The translations under genes were made by a program, and so were the position numbers. DNA of 64,000 bases from an uncultured delta proteobacterium. GTDB taxonomy: Bacteria; Desulfobacterota; WTBG01; CAIYCZ01; CAIRTM01. Within the stretch, counting starts at the first letter, position 1. Each line of letters begins with the position of its first letter. Positions 45,790 through 58,460 of the stretch are shown piece after piece. A model generated the notes under the pieces. The model saw only the letters and a program-made list of their open reading frames with translations, was not told the DNA's origin and made no database searches. The stretch covers positions 416,001-480,000 of the forward strand of contig CAWDSQ010000007.1 in the NCBI GenBank assembly GCA_963804955.1. Direction: 5' to 3'.

Positions 45790-47146
45790 TTACGCGCTCT
45801 TCTTGACAAGCTCGGCGCAGATGCTGTTAAGCGTATCGGCGCTGAAATCATCCCACTCGGCTGAAATCTGCACAAGCTCAGCCATATTCTCCGCGGTGAT
45901 CTCGGGGCACAGAACGGCGATGACCGGATCGATGCCGAGCACATAGGCCAGGGCCTGCCGCTTGATCCAGCCGTCTGCATCCAGGCTGCCGCCGAAATAT
46001 CGCTTTGGTGGGCACTGCCATCGAAAAAGCTGTTGACTGGGCGGCTATGGCGCTGTCAAGCGCGCCTGCGACAGTCCAGGCTGCAAGGCCGTCGGCTGCG
46101 CCGCCTGCGGCAAGACCGTCAAGGCCGTCAGATCCCTGCGCCCTGCTTCTTCAGAAGCGCGCCCGCTGCGGCTGGTTCAAGGCCCAGGCGATAGCATGTC
46201 TCCATTGCTCTGGCAGCGTCAACACCGGCAGCCGCAAGGCTTGCAAAGCCCATCAGGTCGGACACGAGACAGCCGGGCTCCTTGGATCCGCCCATCATGT
46301 CCATGAACGCTCGGGGCTTCATTATATTTCAGGAATGTATAGTAGGGATAGGGGCAGTTGTAGCCCGCGTCATTGCGGTGCGTCAGGCTTTTGAGCTTGT
46401 CAAGCGCTGCGGCATCAATGCCCAGAGCCGCGCCGATATCATACAGCCCGGCTTTGCCCTTGATGGCGCCGGCGACGATTTTGTTCTTCAGCTCGATGCA
46501 CTTCACGAAAAAGCCGTCAGCCACTTCCAGTGCGCCAAGGCCGCGCATGGCAACAGCCTTCAGGTTCTTTGCGCCGAACACGGCGCCAAGGCCTGCTTTG
46601 TCTTTGCCGCCCCAGTAGTTCTCGGAGACGACTGGCCAGGGGGTTTTTGTTTTCGCCGGCTTTGCCGATGAGCAGCATCTGCGCCATATCATCGCCGTAG
46701 ACTTCGCGCATCTTGTCGGTTGATTCCCAGACATCCTTGCCCCAGATATCGGCCGAATCATTGATGTCCGACAGGCCGTCATGCAGCCACAGGCGCACGG
46801 GAGCTGCTGCCTTGCCCAGCACAACCACAAAGTCAAAGCCCGTCAGCTTCAGCTCAACGCCCGTCTGCCAGCCGAAGGGCACATGGGCGATTTTGCCCGT
46901 AATGGGGCTTTTGGCCGTCATCACGCCGCCGCAGGCAGCAGGGGCGAAGGTCGCCGTAAAAAAGCCGGAGCCGAGAATCAGGGGCTCGCGGTCCTTGTAC
47001 TGCTCGTAGAGCTCCATATTGATGGCAGCGCCGCCAAGGGCCTTCTCTATGAGCTCTTCGGTCAGGTCCTGGTTCGAGCAGGATTTCGCGTCAAGATCGA
47101 CAATAAGAATTGTGCCGTTATAGTTATTCATGGTTTCCATAGTCAT
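45790..47146 (-). CDS. Short AOR-like protein; frameshifted
   Basis: GTILIVDLD, AKSPITG, TGFD, GLGAVFGAKNLKAV; about 450 codons. Confidence 0.8.
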
Positions 47147-47490
47147 TAGCCCTCCATGCTCAAAACGCCGTAGGGACATGCCTGCATGCACACCGGCCCG
47201 TTATCCTCATCCTTGCAAAGGTCGCAGGCAATGCGCAAAAGAATCGGCTTTGCGCTTGCCCCGGCGCCTTCAATCTGCTCGCCGGGCATCAGCACCTTTT
47301 CGCCCTCAGGCCGGCCCAGCATCAGCGTCTTGTCGCGCTTGACCATCATGCCGTAGTAGTTTTTCTTTTCCTCATAATAATACATGAGGCTTGAGCCTAT
47401 GGGCGAAATGCTGCCGTCGTGGTGATAGTTGCAGGCAAATTCGCATATCCTGCAGCCCGTGCATTTCATGGGATCCACTTTCAGTGCCAT
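47146..47490 (-). CDS. 4Fe-4S dicluster protein
   Basis: CTGCRICEFAC and CDLC...CMQACP; stop overlaps next start (TAATG). Confidence 0.9.
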   Translation of the reverse strand: MALKVDPMKCTGCRICEFACNYHHDGSISPIGSSLMYYYEEKKNYYGMMVKRDKTLMLGRPEGEKVLMPGEQIEGAGASAKPILLRIACDLCKDEDNGPVCMQACPYGVLSMEG

Positions 47491-47575
47491 GGTGAAGCTC
47501 CTTTATTATTAATTTATAGTAGGGGTTCAAATCTAACAAGATTTTGAGCCCCTGCGCAACGTTTAACTGCGATTC

Positions 47576-49149
47576 TCAATTATCAGGGTCGATCTGGTGC
47601 GGCGGATTTGATACCCTGTTCGGATCAATGGCGCGCTTGATGCCCTTCAGCAGCTTGTCGTACTTGAACACGGGAGCCGCCATCTGGTGATAGGCCCGCC
47701 CAGGAACGGGCCGACGCCGTTTTCAAGACCGTTGCTCACGTCTTCCTTGGTCATCTCAAGCAGCTTGCCAAGAAGATCGCCAAGATCCTCAGCGCGTTTT
47801 TCAACCGGGAAGTCGGTCTCGCCGAAGCCGAAATGGCCGAAATCATAGCCGCCGATCCAGTCCGGACCGTCGCTGTCAAGAATGGGCGGCGAGAATTTAT
47901 CAACCCACTTGTAGCCGGTCTTGACCTGGCCGATCGAGTACTTGAGCGTATCGGTCTGCAGGCGCAGGGCCAGGAACGTGCCCGAGGCCCGCATCATGCG
48001 CGAGCCATGCGTGTCCCGTGATCCAGTTATTGGCATGTGCGGGGCACCCACATGTCATAGACTTCCTTCTTCACGGGCTTGCCGCCGGTCTCTTTGATGA
48101 TGTCTTCAAGCACGCGCTTTTCATATTCAAGCTGCTTGCCGGAGGTGAAGCCCCAGAGGCAGACGCCCACGGCATTTTTCGCATTGTCCTGGAAGGTGCG
48201 CTTCTTGCCACTCGGTCCAGTACTCCTCGCAGGAATTGGACCACCACATGATATAATACACGGTGGGCCACTTCTGCACGACGCCGGCGATCTCTGCCTT
48301 GCCGATTTCATACATGAAATTGACGGCATCCTCAAGGGACTCATACTTCACCATATACCACTTGAAACGGTCTTCGGGCAGCACCGAGGTCTGGTTGGGA
48401 ATCGTGCCCTCAACCGGCCATACCTTGGGGCCGGGATAGGGATGCAGCTTCACGGCCATCTTGGTGACCATGCCGACGCCGCCCATGGCGCCGGCATAGC
48501 CGCGCAGCATGCCGCGAAGATCAGGACCCGGGCCTTCGCCCCAGAAGCCGTTATCAGCATCCTGCGAGAATGAGCCGGTGCGCAGGATCTCGCCGTTGGG
48601 CAGCACCCACTCAAGGCCCAGAATATTTCTATAGGCAACGCCCAGCCGGTACCCGACGCCCCACATGCCCTGAAACACATGGCCGCCGATGGCCGATGCC
48701 TGGGCGCTTGCCTCGGGCGAGCCGATATACAGGCCGCGCTTGTATGCCTCTGCCTGCACCTGCGCAAGCGTGCACAGGGGCTCGATGACGGCATACATGT
48801 TCTTCTCGTCGATCTCATGAATTGCGCCCATGCGCTTGCAGTCGATGATCACGGTATGGGGCCGGTTGGGAGAGCCGGTCAGTGACCACTGGTTTGACCC
48901 GACGGGAATGAAGGGTATTTTATAGCGGTTGCAGATCTTAATGACTGCCTGCGTCTCCATGGTGCCGTTGGGCAGCACCACAAATTCCGGCGGCATGGAC
49001 ATGCCGAGAATCTTCGGGGGCAGCCAGTCGCCGAAATAGGCATTGACCGTTGCGGGATTATCTCTGACATTTTCTACGCCGAGAGCAGCCTGAAACGCTT
49101 TCAGAATCTGCTGATGACTCTCATCGTTTGTATCTGCTGTATCTGTCAT
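47576..49149 (-). CDS. FAD-binding oxidoreductase (GlcD/VAO-like); frameshifted
   Basis: VVLP...QAVIKICN, GLEWVLPNGEILRTGS, GPGPDLRG, KRAIDPNRVSNP. Confidence 0.85.
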
Positions 49150-49163
49150 GGCCTGTTCTCCTC

Positions 49164-50455
49164 TCACAGTGCTTCCATCATAAGGTCAAACAGATTCTCG
49201 ATTTCCATCTTTTCTTCCATGCCGATGCCGCCGGCGCGCAGGTTGCTTTCGCACCAGGGGCAGCTGGTCACGAGCATGGAAGCGCCCGTATCCTTGGCCT
49301 CGGCCAGGCGCTCGCGCGCGGTCCACTGGGCAAAATCCTTGAAGCCGGTAAACGCGCCGCCGCCGCCGCCGCAGCACCAGGCATATTCCCTGATGCGCTC
49401 CATCTCCACAAGCTCGACGCCGGGGATGGACTTGAGGATAGTGCGCGGCTCGTCATACACGCCCACCATATCCTTGCCGGGCACATAGGGGCGGCCCATG
49501 CGGCCCATGTGACAGGGGTCATGCCAGGTCACGGTGACGGGCACCTCTTTTTTAAACTTGATCTTTTTGTCCCTGAGTGAGCCGCTCGAGATATTCCGCC
49601 ACATGCAGCACTTCAAAATTCTTCTTTTCGGGCAGCTCGTCGTATTCAACGCGCATTGTGCCGTAGCAGCCGGCGCAGGGGGTGACGCACCGTCTTCACG
49701 CCCAGTTCGTTAAACTTCTTTATATTGGCCGTTGCCAGCCGTTCGAATTCGGCAAGGATGCCGGTCTTTTCGGCGGGCTGCCGCAGCACAGCTCCTTGTC
49801 GCCGAGGGTGCCGAAGTCAACCTTAGTTTCTTGAGGATTTTGGCGATATTGACGACCGTGCCTTTCAGCTCCTTCGCACAGGCCATAGGTGCAGCCGACA
49901 AAAAGCAGCACCTCGGCCTTCTCCTTGTTCAGGTCCTTAATGCCCAGGCTCTTCAGCTCCTTGGCCCAGGTGTTGCGCTTGGTGCGCGGCTGCAGCCAGA
50001 CATTGTCATACTGCTTCAGGCTGTCAAGCATGGGCTTGTGCTCGGGCAGTATGCCCGATCTCCTTGATGTATTCGGCGCGCATCCAGCGGTAGAGCTTCA
50101 CAAGCTCGGCGTCGCGGATATTCTTGTCCATGGCGTCGCAGCCGCCGCACATGGTGCACTGGAACAGAATGTCCTTGATCTCGGGATCATCGCCCCATTT
50201 CATCTTGCCGTCGATGATGGACAGCGCCAGATCGCACTTGCCCTGACCCGAATGGGAGTCAAACAGGTAGCGCGTATGCTGGGGGCAGATGCGGGCATAG
50301 CGGGCGCTCTTGACCTGCCATGAATTCACCCATTTGCACACCGAGCAGCGCGAGCAGTTGAAAGCTGTCCAGCGGGCCTTCTCCTGATCGAAGGGCCCTT
50401 CGAGGGGATATTTTAAATAGCGCGGATCTTTGGGAAGCAACATTTCCTTAGCCAT
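49164..50455 (-). CDS. (Fe-S)-binding CCG-domain protein; frameshifted
   Basis: CSRCSVC, CTMCGGC, FVGC, ELCCG, WHDPCHMGR, WCCGGG, SCPWC. Confidence 0.85.
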
Positions 50456-50484
50456 GGAATCCTCCATCTATCTGAAAATTTAAA

Positions 50485-51909
50485 TTAAAAACAGAGTTTG
50501 CCCGGATTCAGTATGCCGTTCGGGTCATAGATCTTCTTCAGCTCCTTGAGCATGGCTGTATAGGAAGAAGACCGGCGGTACACCATATCGGCCCAGGGGC
50601 CATAGGGCCGGGTGAAAAAAGCTCCTTCGTCGATAAGCTGCTTGCTGAGCTCGACGACAGAGCGATCCGACATTTTCACGCTCCGCCTCATCCTCAAGCT
50701 CGCAGGGAAAGCTGAACTGCAGATGGCAGGCGCGGCCGCGCTCCAGGGGCTGCATGTACACGCCCACTTCGTCGATGTTCAGGCCGTAGGTGGCGGCATA
50801 GCCCATGGCGATATCTTCATAGCGGGCAGCCTTGTCCATGGTCGTGATAAAGAAAATTTCCTGCGATGAGCTGGCAAAGCGGGTCTTCCAGTAGTCGCCT
50901 GCGGGCAGGTTGCGCAGCTTGCTCCAGCATGGTTGCTTCAAGGCCGGCGATGCCGCCCACGGTTTTGCCGGGCTGAAGCTGAAAGTCGGCTGCTATCTCC
51001 ATAAGCGCCTCTTCTTCATAGGCGATGCGCTCAAGCGGGCGGCGCGGAGCGCCGGCAAGCACGAGCACCAGGGTATAGTTGGGAAGCTCTGCCATCAGCT
51101 TGCCGAAATCCTTGGGATCGTCGGCCAGGAGCTGCGCCATCATGAACCGGTTGAGAACAAAGCACTCATTGCCCACATGGCGGCGCTGCATCTTGTAGAT
51201 GGGGCCGGCGCAATCCTCCAGGCAGTCAAAGCCCATGAAAAAGGCCTTCTGGTGCTTCGGCCGGTATTCGGTCTTCACATTCAGCCAGGTAATGATGCCC
51301 AGGGTGCCCTGCGCGCCAAGAAACAGGCGCCAGAAGTCGATGCCCGGGCCTTCCGGGTAGGCGCCTTCGCAGTGCGCATCCGATGCCGTACCCGTGATGA
51401 AAAGATCGCCCGTCGGGAGCACCACTTCCATGGTAAGAGCCGGCTCGCCGTATTCGTATTTGGGGATCAGCATGGGCTCGCGCTCAACAGAGCTGGTGAG
51501 GGCCGATGCCTTCGGGTGGGGAAACAGGGGATTCAAAGCCATCTGATCATGCTCTTTCAAAGCATCATTCAACTGCTGCCAGGTGACGCCCGGCTCGATT
51601 TTTGCCTTGCGGTTCAGGGGATCAATCTCAAGAATTTTATTCATCCCTGAAAGATCAACAATAACGCCGCCCTGCTCGGGAAGCGTGCCGCCGGTAAAAT
51701 GAACGCCCGAGCTGGCAGGAACCAGCGGCGTAAGCGTTGTATTGGCCCATTTAACGAGCTTCCTGCACTTCAGCAGTGTTTTTGGGCTTCACCACGGCAA
51801 AAGGCCTCTTCCGGGGATTCAGGGTCTGATCCGTGGAATACAGGGCCAGCGTCTGCTCGTCATCAAGCACATTTTTCGCGCCCACGATATCCCGTAGCTC
51901 TTTCATCAT
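50485..51909 (-). CDS. FAD-binding oxidoreductase (GlcD/VAO-like); frameshifted
   Basis: MNKILEID, EPGVTW, GPGIDF...GAQGTLGI, DPNGILNPGKL. Confidence 0.85.
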
Positions 51910-52278
51910 AACGACCTCCTACGTTGGGTTCAAATTGATGATAATCACAGTCCAAAATAAGAATAAAACGATGGCAAAAAATATTTAGCGTAATAACCTT
52001 CTATAGCATAAGTAAAGAAGGCAGCACAATATCTTTTTTGCCGCATGCGACACAAGAGCACAGGTGTTGTATCTATTTTCATGATAATCCTTAAAAAATA
52101 CTTTCCCGGCATGCTGACAGAATGGTACAGACAGCAGAAAAAAGGCTTTTTTGACTATGACAAATTGTCATATTTTTTTCATTTGACACACTATGCCTCT
52201 GCCTCTATAATGCCCGCATTATCAAAAACTTAGCGCGATGCTCAGCGCAGACATTTACCCAAAAAAGGAGACTTACTC

Positions 52279-53364
52279 ATGGCAAGGATATTCAACTTCG
52301 CAGCAGGACCCTCCACGCTGCCTGTCGAGACCCTTCAGGAAGCAGCGGCAAAAATGGTTGACTTCGAAAACACCGGCATGTCGCTCATCGAGATGAGCCA
52401 CCGCGGCAAGGTGTATGAAGGCGTCCACAATGAAACCATAGCCCTGATCCGGGAAATTCTGCAGGTGCCGGAAAACTATCATATTCTGTTCCTGCAGGGG
52501 GGCGCGACGCTCCAGTTCGGCATGATCCCCATGGCTTTTTTGCAGCAGGGCATGACCGCCGACTATATCCTGACCGGCGCCTGGGCCAAAAAAGCCTATG
52601 ACGATGCCAAACTCATCGGCGCAGTCAATGTGCCCTGGGACGGCAAGGCCGAGAAATACAGCCGCATGCCGGCGCAAAGCGAGCTTAAGCTCACGCCCGG
52701 CGCAGCCTATGTGCATCTCTGCTCCAACGAGACCATCGGCGGCATCCAGTGGCAGAGCTTTCCCGACACGGGCGATGTTCCCCTCATCTGCGACATGTCT
52801 TCAGACATCATGTCACGGCCCCTGCCGTGGGACAAAATCGACATGGTCTATGCCGGCGCTCAGAAAAACCTCGCTCCTTCCGGCATGGCTCTGGTCATCA
52901 TAAAAGACTCCCTTGCGCAAAAGGCGCGCAAGGATCTGCCGGCCTACCTGCGCTACGACCTGCATATAGAGAATAACTCCCTCTACAATACGCCCCCTTC
53001 ATTCATCGTCTGGATGACCGGCCTGACCATGAAATGGATCAAGTCGATCGGAGGCCTTGCCGAAATCGAGCGGCGGCGCGCAGAAAAGGCAACCCTGCTC
53101 TATACCACCATCGAGCAGAGCGGCGGCTACTACAAGAACCCGGTTGACACGGCAAGCCGCTCGCCCATGAACATCGTCTGGAGGCTTCCCAGCGAAGAGC
53201 TTGAAGAAAAATTCATCAAGGAAGCAAAAAAAGAAGGTTTCGACGGCCTCAAGGGCCACCGCTCCGTGGGCGGCTGCCGTGCTTCGGTCTACAATGCCAT
53301 GCCGGTTGAAGGCATCAGGAAGCTTGTGGATTTCATGAAAAAATTTATGTCTCAAAACGGCTGA
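52279..53364 (+). CDS. serC: Phosphoserine aminotransferase
   Basis: NFAAGP, EMSHR, NETIGG, DMSS, GAQKN, NTPP, GHRSVGG.RAS.YNA. Confidence 0.98.
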   Translation: MARIFNFAAGPSTLPVETLQEAAAKMVDFENTGMSLIEMSHRGKVYEGVHNETIALIREILQVPENYHILFLQGGATLQFGMIPMAFLQQGMTADYILTGAWAKKAYDDAKLIGAVNVPWDGKAEKYSRMPAQSELKLTPGAAYVHLCSNETIGGIQWQSFPDTGDVPLICDMSSDIMSRPLPWDKIDMVYAGAQKNLAPSGMALVIIKDSLAQKARKDLPAYLRYDLHIENNSLYNTPPSFIVWMTGLTMKWIKSIGGLAEIERRRAEKATLLYTTIEQSGGYYKNPVDTASRSPMNIVWRLPSEELEEKFIKEAKKEGFDGLKGHRSVGGCRASVYNAMPVEGIRKLVDFMKKFMSQNG

Positions 53365-53388
53365 TACCCTCTCCTTTTTTTATATACG

Positions 53389-53432
53389 CACAAAGGCGGA
53401 ACCGCGGGCACACGGTTCCGCCTTTGTGTTTA
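53389..53432 (+). terminator. Terminator after serC
   Basis: CACAAAGGCGGAACCG / CGGTTCCGCCTTTGTG 16-bp stem. Confidence 0.75.
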
Positions 53433-53727
53433 TGCCAGTCCATCTAACTGGTACTGTGCAACTTTGTTTCCCTTTCGCCCTTGCTGAGCCGAAAAAACCG
53501 TTGCCGCTTCAGGCGCGAACAACAGCTTCAACCCGTGCCGCAAACCGGGGAAATGTTTGACATGGCGCTTGCTATTTTGCATGTATGCTTATATATAAAA
53601 ACAGTACGGCGCATGTACTCGCATCGGCTTGCAGGCCCACCGGGGCAAGCGGAAGCTTACAGATGATTCACGCTGTTCATGCGCCGGCAGCGAAACAATT
53701 CGAGCCGGCGCCTGTTTAACTGGAGTA

Positions 53728-54984
53728 ATGAATACCATGTCTCTACGAACGACACTACTTCTGGCCGGCGCCCTTGTTTTTCTCTGCACACTTGCTGCTC
53801 CTGCGCGGGGAGCAGAGGATGTGCGCGAAATCATCATCAAATTCAGGCCCGGCATTGCTGAGACGGCAAAAACCGCCCTGGCAAAAACCTGCGGCAGCCG
53901 CGAGCTGCGCACCTTCTACCGGGACCATTTCCGGGTGCTCACACTGCCCGCCGGAGCACCGATGAAGGCGGTTCTGGCACTGCTTGCCCGGCATCCGTCC
54001 ATCATGTATGCCGAGCCAAATTACAGGGTGCGCGCTTTCAGCACTCCTAATGATGAGAGTTACCCCCTGCAGTGGAACTTCCAGCTCATCAATATGGAAG
54101 CAGCCTGGGATACAAGCACCGGCGACGGCGTAACGGTGGCGGTGCTTGATTCGGGCATAAGCCCCTACGGAGATGACGGATTCGGAGACCGCCTGCTTGA
54201 GGGCTACAATGCCTTCCTCAACAGAGAAACCCGCTGGCAGGACTTTCACTCCCACGGTACCCATGTTGCCGGCACCATAGGCCAGCAGACCAATAACGAC
54301 GGAATAGGCGTTGCCGGCATCGCCCACAGCGCATGGATACTGCCGGTCAAGGCGCTCAACCGCTACGGATACGGGTCAAATGCCACGCTGGCCGCAGGCA
54401 TTCGCTGGGCCGTGGATAACGGCGCTGATATAATCAACATGAGCCTTGGCAGCTCAAGGGGCGGACGGGCGCTGCAGGAAGCCGTTGAATATGCCGATCA
54501 GCACGGTGTTGTTCTTGTGGCCGCAACCGGCAATGACGCAAGCGCAGACAACCTGACGCCGGTGAGCTATCCTGCTGCCTATGAGCAGGTTATCGCCGTC
54601 GGCGCCGTCGACGCGATGAAAAACCGGGCTTACTATTCAAACGGCGGCGACAAGCTTGACCTGGTTGCCCCGGGCGGCAGCCCGGATGACTTCAATGAGG
54701 ACGGCTACAGCGACGCCGTGATGCAGGAAACATTCAAGCTGTATGCCGGCTATCTCCGCCGCGCCCTCGACTGGGGGCTGTATTCAATGATGGGCACATC
54801 CATGGCAAGCCCGCATGTTGCGGGTGTTGCGGCACTGATAAAATCGCTGCATCCGGATTGGGGCCCTGATGAAATCAGGCAGGCCCTTATTGATACGGCT
54901 GAGGATCTCGGGGATCCGGGACGGGACGATGCCTTTGGCTACGGCCTTCTCGATGCGGCAGCAGCCCTGGCCTATACGCCCTAG
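53728..54984 (+). CDS. Secreted subtilisin-like serine peptidase (S8)
   Basis: Signal peptide, [23 protein letters not shown]. Confidence 0.95.
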   Translation: MNTMSLRTTLLLAGALVFLCTLAAPARGAEDVREIIIKFRPGIAETAKTALAKTCGSRELRTFYRDHFRVLTLPAGAPMKAVLALLARHPSIMYAEPNYRVRAFSTPNDESYPLQWNFQLINMEAAWDTSTGDGVTVAVLDSGISPYGDDGFGDRLLEGYNAFLNRETRWQDFHSHGTHVAGTIGQQTNNDGIGVAGIAHSAWILPVKALNRYGYGSNATLAAGIRWAVDNGADIINMSLGSSRGGRALQEAVEYADQHGVVLVAATGNDASADNLTPVSYPAAYEQVIAVGAVDAMKNRAYYSNGGDKLDLVAPGGSPDDFNEDGYSDAVMQETFKLYAGYLRRALDWGLYSMMGTSMASPHVAGVAALIKSLHPDWGPDEIRQALIDTAEDLGDPGRDDAFGYGLLDAAAALAYTP

Positions 54985-55308
54985 AGTATTTTCTTTTTGC
55001 TAAAGCCCTGCTTGCTCATGGAGAGCTTGTGATTCTTTTGCCCGTGCTAAGTTCTCGCAGGAAAACGCAGCCCGGCAGGATGGTGTATCGCTCGAACCGC
55101 ACGGGCGGCTCTCACCACAAGCTCTCCCCGTGTCCCTGGCTATACCATTTCGAAAAACGCCCTGGCCGGAGCGGCAGCACCCCTGAGCAGACCACTCCCC
55201 CCTGTGTTTCCCTGCAAGCCTGATCGCCGGCCGCACCTCCCGCTTTTTTTTATTTGCACATTCCTCTCTTTTTATACTATAACTTCTACTATACTTCTAA
55301 GGCCCGCC

Positions 55309-57124
55309 ATGACCGCCACAGACATCAATGACATAGTGCCGTATCTTGAAAAAAATCCTGCCGTGCTGGAGCTTTTACGCAACCCGGCAAAACGCGGCAT
55401 ACTGCCCTTTCTGTGCAGCGATTACGAGCGCATTGCCTATCTGCTGGACAACCCCTGGATCGACCTTGAGCGGATTATCAGCATCGCCGACAGCGTCACG
55501 AACATTTCGCCCGATATCGGCGCCAATGAGCTGCTCAATATCCTGTGCAGGAACACGGCCCAGCTCATGAATGCAGACAGTGCGACCTGCCGCACCTGGG
55601 ACCCTACCCGCAAAAGCATGATAGCCGGAGGCTCCTACAACTGGACAGCCCAGCGCATGGAGGAAATAGACCAGGAAAATTCCATTGCCGGCTGGGTCAT
55701 ACGAACAAAAACGCCACTACTGCGTGCCCGACATCAGCTCCGAGCCTTTATACAGGGAAAAAGAAAAAATACTTGCACTGGGCATCAATTCCATGCTGGC
55801 CCTGCCCATTCAGCTTTTCGACTATGAAGGCGGCGAAAAGATGGAAGTGCTGGTGGGAACCCTGCAGCTGTACTTCAAAGAAAAAAACAAGGTTTTTTTT
55901 CCGCAGCAGATAAAGCTCATCAAAAGCGTCGTGAGCCGCTTCAGCTATGTGTTAGCCCAGAAGCGCAAGCAGGCTCTGCAGACCCGTGCGCAGATCATCC
56001 AGGAAAGCCGCAAGGCGCTTATTTCCATCATCAAGCGCACCAAGTCTCTGGACCAGGTGCTGAGCTCCCTTGTGGCAAAAATAGCCGAAACCATCAGCGT
56101 AAAGCGCTGCGCGCTGTTTTCCATAGAGCATGATACCGCGGGCTGCAATGTGGCGGTGCTCATCGCGGGCTACCCGCTTGAACCCTTTGCCCACCGCTAC
56201 GGCGTCACCCTCCCGTTTGCCGAACACCCCGCTTTTCAGGAGGTATGGATGACCGGCCAGCCCCTTCGCATCGACGATGCGCAGAGCGACCCGCGCATGA
56301 GCGCCACGAGCGACCTGTACCGCAACCGCAATATCCGCAATGTCTACTTCGTGCCCATCAAGGATGAAAATGAAGCGGTAACCAATGTGCTGGTGCTGGA
56401 CGGCGAAGAGGCAAACCCCATCGACAAGGATGACCTGTCCTTTTTTAACTCCCTCATTCAGGATATCGAGCTGTGCATCCAGGCCTCACTCCGGTCGCAG
56501 GAGCGCCACGATTTCTACAACCTCATGCTATCCTTCGGCGCGATTGCAAAAGTGTATGCCAAAAAGATAGCCTCGCCCGCGGCAGACCCCGATGAGATCA
56601 AAGGGCTCTACCGCAAGCTGTATACGAGCATGCTTGCCGTCAACGACATCATCACCGACCGCATCCCCTTTGCGCAGAAGGAAGTGTTCAACGTAAACGA
56701 GGTCATCGCCGAGCGGCTGGATGCCTACTACTTTCCGCCGCAGGTAGTGATTGAGCAGAACTTCGAAGGTTGGGAGCTGCCGATTTGCGCCGACAGAAAA
56801 AAGGTGGGCCGCATCGTGGGCAATCTCATTGATAATGCCCATCGCAAGCTCGAAGAGCTTCAAAAGGGCACGCTTAAAATTCAGCTGCACACCGAAGGCC
56901 CCTATGCCGTCATCGAAATCGGCAATACCGGCGGCATACCGCAGGAAGTCATGAAAAACTTTATGCAGGACAGCAGGCCTCTCCAGAGCGGCACGGGCGA
57001 CGACCGCGGTCAGGGACTGGCCATCGTCAAGCTTTTTACCGTCATGCACAACGGCATAGCCGAACTTGAAAGCCCCGCCGGGGCATACTGGACCACCTTT
57101 AGGATAAAACTACCCCTCCAATGA
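55309..57124 (+). CDS. GAF-GAF sensor histidine kinase-like protein (frameshift near 55710)
   Basis: Two GAF-like segments, RHDFYN, NLIDNA, GQGLAIV, FRIKLP. Confidence 0.8.
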
Positions 57125-57137
57125 GAAAGGACCGATA

Positions 57138-58244
57138 ATGACCACACGCACCTATCAACTCAAAGCCGCGGGCCAGAGCCTGTGGCTTGACAACATCCAG
57201 CGCCGCGAACTGCACAACGGCGCGCTGCAGAAAATGATCGACACCGACGGTATCTGCGGCATCACCTCCAATCCCACCATATTTATGAATGCCGTATCAA
57301 AAAGCACAGACTATGACGATCAGATCAGGCTGCTGGCCGGCCAGGGCACAGCGCCCGAGGCTGTCTACCATGCGGTCACCGTGCAGGACATCCGCGACGC
57401 GGGCACACTGCTTCTTCCGGTATACGAGCAGACGGCGCACGTTGACGGTTTTGTGTCCATTGAGCTCAATCCGCAGCTTGCCTTCAAGGTTGAGGAGAGC
57501 ATCACCCAGGCCAGGGCTATCATAGCCGAAATAGGGCTGCCCAATATCATGATAAAAGTCCCCGGCACGAAAGAGGGGCTCATGGTGGTGCGGCAGCTGC
57601 TGACCGAGGGCATCAATGTAAATATCACCCTGCTGTTTGATCCGGAGCGGTACCGGCAGGTGGCGCAGACGTATATCGAGGCCCTCGAAGCCCGCATGCA
57701 GCAAGGCAAGCCCCTTGCCGATATTCACTCCGTGGCGAGCTTTTTCATCAGCCGCATCGACACCAAGGTTGACGGCCAGCTCGACAGGCTTTCGCCGGGC
57801 TCTCCCCTGCGCGGCAAGGCTGCCATACAGGTGGCAAAGGTCACCTATACGATCTTTAAGGAGCTTTTCTTCGGTGAGCGTTTCAAAAAAATTGCCGCAG
57901 CCGGCGGCCGCATCCAGCGCGTGCTCTGGGCAAGCACCGGCACCAAGGATCCAAACTACAGCGATGTCCTGTATGTCGACACACTCATCGGCCCGCACAC
58001 CATCAACACCCTGCCCCCGAAAACAATCGATGCCTTCCGCGATCATGGCATTGTTGCGCAGACCATTGAAACCGATATTGACAAAGCCTCCGGCACCCTT
58101 GCACAGATCGAAACAGCAGGGGTAAGCCTTACCAAAGTGTATGCCGAGCTTGAAGCCGAAGGAGTAAAGGCCTTTGAAACGTCATACCTTGATCTGCTGA
58201 AAGCCCTGGCAGACAAGGCAGGCGCCCTTGCAGGCGGCACCTGA
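57138..58244 (+). CDS. tal: Transaldolase
   Basis: SLWLDN, GITSNPTIF, MIKVP, VNITLLF, SFFISR, LWASTGTK. Confidence 0.97.
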   Translation: MTTRTYQLKAAGQSLWLDNIQRRELHNGALQKMIDTDGICGITSNPTIFMNAVSKSTDYDDQIRLLAGQGTAPEAVYHAVTVQDIRDAGTLLLPVYEQTAHVDGFVSIELNPQLAFKVEESITQARAIIAEIGLPNIMIKVPGTKEGLMVVRQLLTEGINVNITLLFDPERYRQVAQTYIEALEARMQQGKPLADIHSVASFFISRIDTKVDGQLDRLSPGSPLRGKAAIQVAKVTYTIFKELFFGERFKKIAAAGGRIQRVLWASTGTKDPNYSDVLYVDTLIGPHTINTLPPKTIDAFRDHGIVAQTIETDIDKASGTLAQIETAGVSLTKVYAELEAEGVKAFETSYLDLLKALADKAGALAGGT

Positions 58245-58460
58245 TGCCCGGAAGGTAAAACCTGTTAGGTAACAGGGATAACCATCCATATGCAATGAGG
58301 CGGCAAAAAAAACCTGCCGCCTCATTTTTTAATTTTTCCAAGAGCGAGTTTTAAAAGCTAAAAACAATGCCTGTGTCATTTTCCGTCAGCCGTGGCGGAT
58401 CAAGATGGCAGACAGTATGAGCCTTGTATACTAAAAATACTGTGACTTCTGTTCTGCGAC

